From contig JBDHJS010000062.1 of the NCBI GenBank assembly GCA_039586795.1, positions 1 through 26,212 on the forward strand: a stretch of 26,212 bases of DNA, read 5' to 3'. Made by a program: the position numbers and the translations under genes. Position 1 is the first letter of the stretch. Each line of letters begins with the position of its first letter. Below are positions 19,100 to 26,212 of the stretch, piece by piece. Below the pieces are notes generated by a model that was not told where the DNA came from, searched no databases, and worked only from the letters and a program-made list of their open reading frames with translations. This DNA comes from Gemmatimonadota bacterium (GTDB lineage: Bacteria; Gemmatimonadota; Gemmatimonadetes; Palauibacterales; KS3-K002).

Positions 19100-19118
19100 C
19101 GCTCGGTTCGGCGAGGTT

Positions 19119-19643
19119 CTACATCACACCGCAGAAGAAGCTGCCCTCCACGCTGATTCGATAGCCGGGGTCGGACTCGAGCCCGGTACCGGTAAACGTA
19201 ACCCGCACGGCGTCGAATCCGACGTTGTCTTTCCCCGCATCCTCCAGCGTCAGCGTGCCGTCCCCATAGAAGCGATGATCCCGGCCCGCAGCGCGAACCG
19301 ACTGAATCTCGGGAGGCGCGGCGACCATGAACCGAACACCATGAGAGCCCGGACCAGATCCGTCGGCGTCGAGGGAGAAGTTCCAGTCGCCAATCGTATG
19401 CGCCTTGAACCCATCAGAGGTCTCGCTGCACAACACGACTTCCTCCTCCCGGTTCGAAACTTCGACGTCTCCCGTCACAGTGTACTCGATATACGCACCC
19501 GACTTCATGGCGCCCGGTGCCGCAGCGCTGGTGGCCGCCGCCTCAATGTTGCTCTGCGTTTCCTCTGTCCGGGCCTCGTCGTCGCTGCCGGCGCAGCCGA
19601 CGAGAACAAGCAGAGCCAAAGCGGATGGTAGGAGCGCTTTCAT
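19119..19643 (-). CDS. Hypothetical lipoprotein
   Basis: GGAGG RBS; MKALLPSALALLVLVGC lipobox; beta-rich domain with two Cys. Confidence 0.8.
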   Translation of the reverse strand: MKALLPSALALLVLVGCAGSDDEARTEETQSNIEAAATSAAAPGAMKSGAYIEYTVTGDVEVSNREEEVVLCSETSDGFKAHTIGDWNFSLDADGSGPGSHGVRFMVAAPPEIQSVRAAGRDHRFYGDGTLTLEDAGKDNVGFDAVRVTFTGTGLESDPGYRISVEGSFFCGVM

Positions 19644-19699
19644 GATTGTCACCTCCGGTATGGGTTCACTGCTCAGCTGAGCCAGCCGGCGCTCGGGTC

Positions 19700-19728
19700 A
19701 GAGCACCCGTTTCGTGGTTCGCTGTACC
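19700..19728 (+). promoter_or_regulatory. Weak putative ECF promoter copy 5 (autoregulatory): AGAGCACCCG-N13-TGTACC
   Basis: Same GAGC...CTGTA spacing, about 120 nt upstream of the sigma gene. Confidence 0.3.
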
Positions 19729-19738
19729 GCTACCTGGA

Positions 19739-19767
19739 GTTACAGAATTGTGGGCGTGGCGGGCTCA
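19739..19767 (-). promoter_or_regulatory. Putative ECF promoter copy 4: TGAGCCCGCC-N13-TGTAAC
   Basis: First 10 nt identical to copy 3 with the same spacing; about 95 nt upstream of the lipoprotein ATG at 19643. Confidence 0.6.
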
Positions 19768-19848
19768 TCGACCGCTGCCGGCGGCGATGCGCAATGGCGA
19801 GACGAGGAGGAGCGTTTGTCTTGACGATAGGAGGGAGGCGCTCGCAGT

Positions 19849-20427
19849 TTGACCCCTATGCACTCGTCGGAGGAGATCACTGCTCGGCTGCGCGCCGCGC
19901 AACAGGGCGACCGCGAAGCCCTGGACGAGGTTTTTGCGGCGGTCTACGACGAGTTGCGCCGGCGAGCGCATGCCCAACGCCGACGCTGGGTCGGTGACCA
20001 CACGCTGGATACGACGGCACTTGTCCACGAAGCCTACCTCAAACTCGTCAATCAGAGCCAGGCACGGTTCGAGGACCGAGCCCATTTCCTGGGCGTCGCC
20101 TCCAAGGCGATGCGCCACATCCTGGTCAACTACGCGGAGCGAAGACGAGCGGCCAAGCGCGGCGGAGGAACGCCTGACGTCGCGCTGGACGAAGCGAACC
20201 CGGTGGCAGAAGAAGTGGCCGAAGAGATTCTCGTGCTGGACGAAGCGCTGCGGCGTCTCGCAGAAGTGAATGAGCGCCAAGTGCGAGTGGTCGAAGCCCG
20301 GTTCTTTGCCGGGCTGTCGGTCACTGACACCGCGGCCGCATTGGGTACCTCTCCCGCCACGGTGAAGCGCGATTGGAGGCTGGCGAGATCCTGGCTCCAA
20401 CTCGAGATCAAGGCGAATCTCATCTGA
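19849..20427 (+). CDS. ECF sigma factor, kinase-associated type (TIGR02999 / ECF43-like)
   Basis: YDELRRRA, DHTLDTTALVHEAYLKL, AMRHILVNYA, KRGGG and TVKRDWRLARSWL motifs; 3 nt upstream of a Ser/Thr kinase. Start is 19849 or 19858. Confidence 0.92.
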   Translation: MTPMHSSEEITARLRAAQQGDREALDEVFAAVYDELRRRAHAQRRRWVGDHTLDTTALVHEAYLKLVNQSQARFEDRAHFLGVASKAMRHILVNYAERRRAAKRGGGTPDVALDEANPVAEEVAEEILVLDEALRRLAEVNERQVRVVEARFFAGLSVTDTAAALGTSPATVKRDWRLARSWLQLEIKANLI

Positions 20428-20430
20428 CGT

Positions 20431-23022
20431 ATGAAGCCTGAGCGCTGGGAGCGGATAGGTAAGATCTTCGCGGCGGCCCTCGAGCAACCTGTCGAGGCCC
20501 GCCAGCGGTTTGTCGCCGAGGCCTGCGAAGGGGATGGGGACCTCGAGGGACAGGTGACGGCGTTGCTCGATTCGGAAGAGTCTGCCGGTGACTACTTCGC
20601 CGACCTGGCCGACCGTGCGGGCGTCCATGCGGTAGACGACGCAGAGCCGGACGATTTGCAGGGCAAGCGCATCGGCAGTTACCGGCTGGTGCAGCTCATC
20701 GGCCGGGGCGGCATGGGGGCCGTCTACCTGGCCGAGCGCGACGACCAGCAGTTCGAGATGCAAACCGCGCTGAAGCTTCTGCCGGTGGGCCTGGAATCGG
20801 AAGAATCGCGTCTTCGGTTCCTCTCGGAACGACAGATCCTCGCGCGCCTCAAGCATCCCAGCATCGCGCAGCTGCTGGACGGTGGTGTGACCGAAGATGG
20901 AACGCCCTTCTTCGTGATGGAACACGTCGAGGGGGTGCCCATCGATGAGTACTGCGACACGCGCCGACTCGGGATCCCAGAGCGGCTGGAAATCTTTCTT
21001 CACGTATGTGACGCGGTTCAGCACGCCCACCAGAACCTGATTGTGCACCGAGATCTGAAACCCGGCAACATCTTGGTGACGGAAACGGGGGAAGTGAAGC
21101 TTCTGGACTTCGGGATCGCCCGGGTGCTGGCGCCGGGTGAGCACGGCGATGCCGGTTTGACCCAGACCCGGCGCGCCCGTCCGATGACGCTGGCCTACGC
21201 CAGCCCCGAGCAGCTTCGCGGTGCAACGGTTACCACGGCCAGCGACGTGTACGCGCTGGGCATCCTCCTTTACAGGCTGCTTACCGGCCGTCACCCCTAC
21301 GAGCTCCCCTTCGCTTCGCCCAGCGATGCGGAGCGCGTGATCTGCGAGGAGCAGCCGCCTTCGCCCAGTTTGGCGCTCCGCCGGGCCAAGAAGGAAGCCG
21401 CGGCGGAACCGCCCCCGTCGACTTCCGACGCTGAAGGGTCAGCCCAATCACGCCGGTCATCGCTGCAGAAGTTGATCCGTCAGATCTCGGGCGATCTGGA
21501 TACCATCACCATGATGGCTCTGCGCAAGGAGCCCGAGCGGCGTTACACATCGGTGTCGCAATTCGCCGATGACATCCGCCGCTACTTAGGCGGCCTGCCG
21601 GTCAGCGCGCAGAAGGACACGCTCCGCTATCGAGCCTCTCGATTCGTCAGGCGGAACAGGGTGGCGGTCGTCGTGGCCATCGCCTTCGCGGTGATGCTGG
21701 TCGGACTGGTCGGGATCTCGTTGCGTTACGCGGTGACATCGGCGGCGCAATCGCGGGCGGTGGCCCGGGAGGCCGAGACGACCGAGCAGGTCTCGACCTT
21801 CCTTGTCGACCTGTTCAAGATGGCCGATCCGGTGGAGGGATTCGGCGACACGGTTCGTGTGCGAACGGTTCTCGATCGGGGTGCCGAGTACATCGAGGAC
21901 GCATTGCAGGATCAACCCGAGATCCGCGCGAGACTACTGAGAGTGTTGGGTGGAGTCTATGAGAACCTGGGACTGTACGATGAGTCCGTCAGGCTGTACC
22001 AGGAGGCACTGGATCTGCAACGACTCGTGCATGGTGAGTCTCATCTCGAGGTGGCCGAGGGCCTACATAAGCTTGCAGAAGCGGAGCGTTCAAAGCGCAA
22101 CTTCGAGGCAGCTGAGTCTCTGTACGTGGCGGCCCTCGACCTGCGACGGCGCTTGAACGACGACCCGGTGAACATCTCGCACTCTCTGCGTGGTCTGGCG
22201 TTGGCCCTACGGGAGCTGGGCGCGGCAGATTCGGCAGAAGTGTTGGCACGGCAAGCGCTGGAGATCAGGACCGCGGAATTGGGCGCAGAGGATCTCTTGA
22301 CCGTAACCTCGCGCCTGGACCTGGCCTACGTTCTTCGGGCCACCGGCGAGGTTGATTCGGCTGAGGTGTTGTACCTCGGCGCGATCCCGATTCTTCGCAC
22401 CCACGGCGAGCCGGGCCGTCGACTGCTGGGTGGCACGTTCAACAATCTCGGGTTTCTTCACCGCTCGAAGAAGCAGTTCGCCGAGGCGGAACGCTGGTAC
22501 CGGGAGGCGTTGCCGCTGGAACGGGCGCGTGGCCGGGAGCCGCACCTGGTCATTCTGCTCAACAACCTTGCCTCGGTGCTCTATCAGCAGGGTAAATACG
22601 CCGAGGCAGAGGAAGCTCTGCGTGAGCGGCTCGCCGTCTCGGAGGCGCATTGGCCCCCTGGAGACTGGCACATCGGCAACGCGCACGCTGCGTTGGGCAA
22701 TCTATTCATGCTGATAGGAGATACGGCCCAGGCGGAGCCGTTCGTTCGCCAGCGGCTCGCGATCTATGAGGCCGCGTTTGGCTCCGACCACGGATGGACG
22801 GCGCAGGCGAAGGTGGCGCTGGGAAGCTGCCTCGCCGGACTCAACCAGTACACAGAGGCGGAACAGCTGCTCTTGGAAGGCTACCGATCATTGCGCGACA
22901 GATCGGGATTGGAGGATCGATACACACAAGGTGCGCTGACGCTGCTGGTCCGGCTGTACAGAGCGTGGGGGAGGGAGGATGCGGAGAGACAGTATCAGGA
23001 GTTGCTGGAGCCAGCCCGATAG
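20431..23022 (+). CDS. Membrane Ser/Thr (Hanks-type) kinase with C-terminal TPR repeats
   Basis: IGRGGMGAVY, ALK, HRDLKPGNIL, DFG, YASPEQ, GDLDTI...KEPERRY; one TM helix; kinesin-light-chain-like TPRs (NNLG/NNLA). Confidence 0.95.
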   Translation: MKPERWERIGKIFAAALEQPVEARQRFVAEACEGDGDLEGQVTALLDSEESAGDYFADLADRAGVHAVDDAEPDDLQGKRIGSYRLVQLIGRGGMGAVYLAERDDQQFEMQTALKLLPVGLESEESRLRFLSERQILARLKHPSIAQLLDGGVTEDGTPFFVMEHVEGVPIDEYCDTRRLGIPERLEIFLHVCDAVQHAHQNLIVHRDLKPGNILVTETGEVKLLDFGIARVLAPGEHGDAGLTQTRRARPMTLAYASPEQLRGATVTTASDVYALGILLYRLLTGRHPYELPFASPSDAERVICEEQPPSPSLALRRAKKEAAAEPPPSTSDAEGSAQSRRSSLQKLIRQISGDLDTITMMALRKEPERRYTSVSQFADDIRRYLGGLPVSAQKDTLRYRASRFVRRNRVAVVVAIAFAVMLVGLVGISLRYAVTSAAQSRAVAREAETTEQVSTFLVDLFKMADPVEGFGDTVRVRTVLDRGAEYIEDALQDQPEIRARLLRVLGGVYENLGLYDESVRLYQEALDLQRLVHGESHLEVAEGLHKLAEAERSKRNFEAAESLYVAALDLRRRLNDDPVNISHSLRGLALALRELGAADSAEVLARQALEIRTAELGAEDLLTVTSRLDLAYVLRATGEVDSAEVLYLGAIPILRTHGEPGRRLLGGTFNNLGFLHRSKKQFAEAERWYREALPLERARGREPHLVILLNNLASVLYQQGKYAEAEEALRERLAVSEAHWPPGDWHIGNAHAALGNLFMLIGDTAQAEPFVRQRLAIYEAAFGSDHGWTAQAKVALGSCLAGLNQYTEAEQLLLEGYRSLRDRSGLEDRYTQGALTLLVRLYRAWGREDAERQYQELLEPAR

Positions 23023-23109
23023 TGACCGACTCGCCAGCATTGCGCTTGATTCCGAGCCGATTATTGGCAATTCTTCAGCCGCCCGACAGCTGAGATTCAA
23101 TGTCGGCCA

Positions 23110-23193
23110 GCCCGGGTGGCGGAATCGGCAGACGCGACGGACTCAAAATCCGTTGGGCTTCGGCTCTTGAGGGTTCGAGTCCCTCCCCGGGCA
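23110..23193 (+). tRNA. tRNA-Leu (anticodon CAA)
   Basis: Acceptor stem GCCCGGG/CCCGGGC plus discriminator A; D arm GGCGGAATCGGCAGACGC; anticodon arm ACGGA-CTCAAAA-TCCGT; long variable arm; T arm GAGGG-TTCGAGT-CCCTC; CCA not encoded. Confidence 0.95.
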
Positions 23194-23199
23194 CTTTTC

Positions 23200-24024
23200 A
23201 TGGCTTCCCAAGAAACGACCTCGAAAGCACATTCGAGCAGCTCACCCGGGCGGACCGCTCGTTTGGCGACGCTGGCGGTAGCCGCCACCCTGCTTGGCCT
23301 GTCCTGTTCCGGTCAAACCGACGACGGCAACGGCCCCGATGGCGAGAACACCGGTGCGTTCAGCGTGCTGGTGTTCAGCAAGACCGCCGGGTTCCGTCAC
23401 GCTTCGATCCCCGCCGCGATCGCGGCGCTAGAGACGCTCGGGGCGGACAACGATTTCGCCGTCGAGACCACCGAGGACGCATCGATCTTCACGGATGCGG
23501 AACTCGGTCGCTTCGACGCCGTGGTGTTTCTCATGACGACGGGCGACGTGCTCGACGCCGGCCAACAGGGCGCGTTCGAGCGGTTCATCCAGCAGGGCGG
23601 TGGGTTCGTCGGCGTGCACTCGGCGACCGACACCGAATACAGCTGGCCGTGGTACGGCGGGCTGGTGGGGGCCTACTTCGAAAGCCACCCGGCCGTCCAA
23701 GAAGCAATCATACGAATACTGGATCACACGCACCCGGCGGTGGCGACTCTTCCCGACGAGTGGGTGCGAACGGACGAGTGGTACAATTTCCAGGCAGTCC
23801 CCACGGGAGTGGAAGTACTGGCTCTACTGGATGAAGGCAGCTACCAGGGCGGGAAGCACGGCAGCCCTCATCCCATCGCCTGGTACCATAACTACGATGG
23901 TGGGCGCTCGTTCTATACAGCCGGCGGCCACACGATAGACAGCTATTCGGAGCGGCTATTTCTGGATCATCTTTTGGGTGGAATTGTCTACGCCGCCACC
24001 GGACGGCTTACCACACAAAACTGA
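23200..24024 (+). CDS. ThuA-like (class I glutamine amidotransferase-like fold) lipoprotein
   Basis: VLVFSKTAGFRHASIP, GGGFVGVHSATDTEY, DEWYNF, HPIAWY and GRSFYTAGGH motifs; lipobox GLSC; start uncertain. Confidence 0.88.
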   Translation: MASQETTSKAHSSSSPGRTARLATLAVAATLLGLSCSGQTDDGNGPDGENTGAFSVLVFSKTAGFRHASIPAAIAALETLGADNDFAVETTEDASIFTDAELGRFDAVVFLMTTGDVLDAGQQGAFERFIQQGGGFVGVHSATDTEYSWPWYGGLVGAYFESHPAVQEAIIRILDHTHPAVATLPDEWVRTDEWYNFQAVPTGVEVLALLDEGSYQGGKHGSPHPIAWYHNYDGGRSFYTAGGHTIDSYSERLFLDHLLGGIVYAATGRLTTQN

Positions 24025-24094
24025 CCGCCCACGTCGTGGCATGTCGATGTCCTAGATGAAATCGTACCTGATAGTGCTTGAGCCAGGAGGCGCA

Positions 24095-25744
24095 ATGCGA
24101 AACCTGATCCACTCATCTGGTCTATTGCTCGTAGGATTCTTGGCTGTTGCGGGCGTCATCATGAAAGCCTCGAACGCGTCCGCCCAGAACCCGGAGATCC
24201 GGTTTCGAGATGGGCCGCTGCCGATAGGCTCGACACCGGGCGTGCGCTACGAGCGACTGGTGATTCGGAACGCCATCGTCGTCAGCGGTCGTGGTACGCC
24301 CGGCTCGAACCGCGCCATGCCGCCCGAGGGCCCCATCGACATCGTCATCGAGGGTAACAAGATCGTCGATATGGTTCCTTTCGATCCGGTGAACGCCGCC
24401 GGCTACGGGGAGGACTTCGGCCGCCCGACGGGCGATCGTGTGATCGACGCGGCGGGGATGTATGTGTTGCCCGGCTTGATCGAGCTACACGCGCACCTGC
24501 GGGGGAACGGTGGCTCCTATGGGCCGGACGCCCTCGGCTATGCCTATCGCCTTTACATCGCCCACGGCGTCACCACGGTACGCGACGCGGGTACCGGCGC
24601 CGGGCTGGAGACGATGACCGAGCAGCGGCGCCTCAGCGAGGCGAACGACATCGTCGCGCCGCGCCTCGTGTTGTGCCAGCGCTGGCCGTTACCCCTGCGG
24701 CATTGGGATGCGGGGAACACGCCGGACGCGGCCCGGGAGATGGTGCGGGAGTTCCAGCGCCAGGGCGCCGACTGCGTGAAGGTGAGCAAGAGTCCCGGGC
24801 ACTACCCCGACGTTCTCGAGGCGATCGTCGCGGAAGCGGACCAGCTGGGCATGCCGGTGATGGTCGACCTGAAGGTCTCCGAGACAGACGCCGTCGTCGC
24901 GTCGAACGCGGGCGTCGCGAGCATCGAGCACTGGTACGGCGTGCCGGATGCGGCGCTCCCCGGCACACAGAACTTCCCCACGGATTACAACTACTGGAAC
25001 GAGCTCGACCGGTTTCGCTGGGCGGGGAACCTGTGGACGGAGGCCAGCCAGTATCCGGAGAAGCTGATCGGCGTGCTGGAGACGATGATCGAGAACGGCA
25101 CGGCGTGGGTGCCGACGATGACGGTGTACGAGAGCGACCGGGACTTCTCGCGTTACATGACGTTGCCGTGGCGCGAGACGCTGATGCACCCGAACGAGGC
25201 GGCGGAATGGGGCGCCGACACGACGTCGCACGGCGGGTACAAGACCGAGTGGAAGACATCGGACGAGATCATGTGGAAGCGCAACTTCCGCCTCTGGATG
25301 GACTACGTGCTCGAGTTCAAGGAGCGCGGCGGGCTCCTCGGCGTCGGAAGCGACGCCGGGGCGATGGGCGGACTGTTCATGATTCGCGAGTTGGAGCTGA
25401 TGCAGGAAGCGGGCATTCACCCCATCGACATCATCAAGCTCGCGACGACGAACGCGGCGCAGGTACTCGGTCGCGACGACCTGTGCGGCGTGCGCGTCGG
25501 CTGCACGGCCGACCTGGCCATCGTGAATGGCAACCCGATCGACAACATGCGAGTGATGTACGGGATGGGTTACGGGTTCTACGGCATCGCGCCGGCGGCG
25601 GAGCAGGCGGACTGGGGCGGTGTGCGCTGGACGATCAAGGACGGAATCGTATTCGACGCCAGAGCGTTGCTGCGCGAGGTGCGTGGTTACGTGGAGCAAG
25701 AGAAGCGCCGCCTGGAGATGGCGGCGGCCGAGCTGGACGGCTGA
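24095..25744 (+). CDS. Secreted amidohydrolase family protein (paralogue of 5624-7258)
   Basis: AGGAGG RBS; signal peptide; VLPGLIELHAH, GVTTVRDAG, SIEHWYG, GSDAG and TIKDGIVFDA motifs. Confidence 0.9.
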   Translation: MRNLIHSSGLLLVGFLAVAGVIMKASNASAQNPEIRFRDGPLPIGSTPGVRYERLVIRNAIVVSGRGTPGSNRAMPPEGPIDIVIEGNKIVDMVPFDPVNAAGYGEDFGRPTGDRVIDAAGMYVLPGLIELHAHLRGNGGSYGPDALGYAYRLYIAHGVTTVRDAGTGAGLETMTEQRRLSEANDIVAPRLVLCQRWPLPLRHWDAGNTPDAAREMVREFQRQGADCVKVSKSPGHYPDVLEAIVAEADQLGMPVMVDLKVSETDAVVASNAGVASIEHWYGVPDAALPGTQNFPTDYNYWNELDRFRWAGNLWTEASQYPEKLIGVLETMIENGTAWVPTMTVYESDRDFSRYMTLPWRETLMHPNEAAEWGADTTSHGGYKTEWKTSDEIMWKRNFRLWMDYVLEFKERGGLLGVGSDAGAMGGLFMIRELELMQEAGIHPIDIIKLATTNAAQVLGRDDLCGVRVGCTADLAIVNGNPIDNMRVMYGMGYGFYGIAPAAEQADWGGVRWTIKDGIVFDARALLREVRGYVEQEKRRLEMAAAELDG

Positions 25745-25778
25745 TCTCGGACGCGCGATTTGCGCCATACGATAGTCG

Positions 25779-25809
25779 GGCCCCGAGCGCCATCTGGACG
25801 CTCGGGGCC
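25779..25809. terminator. Hairpin between convergent genes
   Basis: GGCCCCGAGCG-N9-CGCTCGGGGCC, a perfect 11-bp stem. Confidence 0.5.
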
Positions 25810-25855
25810 TTGGCACTGAGGCCTGGACGAGCTTTGCAGGCCGGCAAGCACGACT

Positions 25856-26212
25856 CTAGTGCCGCACCGTGCACGGCTCGACGAAGCGGTCGACGGTGAT
25901 CTCTCCGTTTGCATTCAAGATGAACGTGGAACGGACGGGCCAGTCGAGAACCATGCCGGTTGTCGCGTTCTCCACGACATAGTGGAGCGTCCAGGACTGG
26001 TGCACGCCGACTTTCAATGTGGTGATGATCTTGTTGTGGAATCCCGAGACCGGATACCAATCCCCCGTCGCCGTGCCTCGAACGACGTAGTCATCGCCAG
26101 GCCAGACCTGCCACCTGATTAAGACTGCGCCGTCGTCCTGTATGACGCGGTGCCGTCTGCGATGGACCGTGCCCTGCTCGACGACGTAATCGTCGATGCA
26201 CGGCGCGTAGTA
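25856..26212 (-). CDS. 5'-partial hypothetical beta-rich protein (absent from the ORF track)
   Basis: Open frame from the window end: YYAPCIDDYVVEQG...FILNANGEITVDRFVEPCTVRH*, with TAG at 25858-25856. Confidence 0.7.
   Translation of the reverse strand, partial: YYAPCIDDYVVEQGTVHRRRHRVIQDDGAVLIRWQVWPGDDYVVRGTATGDWYPVSGFHNKIITTLKVGVHQSWTLHYVVENATTGMVLDWPVRSTFILNANGEITVDRFVEPCTVRH

Noticed and set aside
23110..23193. tRNA as attB of an integrative element carrying the accessory block
   Set aside because: No integrase and no duplicated tRNA end seen in the window, and the accessory block lies on the 5' side.
23100..23199. ORF starts at 23100 and 23116
   Set aside because: They run through the tRNA gene.

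Overview
GC-rich bacterial chromosomal window. The gene content resembles Gemmatimonadota or similar lineages, but taxonomy is inferred only. The left part (1-10.8 kb) is mostly housekeeping. It holds a truncated FGE-sulfatase/alpha-beta hydrolase gene that reads in frame into an nfeD-floA-yqfB-like membrane microdomain operon, then an AlkA-like glycosylase, a secreted amidohydrolase, a candidate ECF-driven sRNA, a thioesterase, a 31-aa Lys/Arg-rich protein, a TerB-like protein and a FadL-like beta-barrel. The middle part (11.2-23.0 kb) is an accessory block of exported proteins: a BNR/CARDB propeller, an HExxH protein paired with a HEAT lipoprotein, a DUF4412-like protein, a frameshifted gene and lipoproteins. 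It ends in an ECF43-like sigma factor / Ser-Thr kinase-TPR pair. Main observation: a bipartite motif, (T/C/A)GA(G/T)C..-N13/14-TGTA, always with C before TGTA, lies in the sense orientation upstream of the four neighbouring transcription units and more weakly upstream of the sigma gene. This suggests a kinase-activated local regulon of secreted proteins. The right part has tRNA-Leu(CAA), a ThuA-like lipoprotein, a second amidohydrolase paralogue and a partial minus-strand gene.
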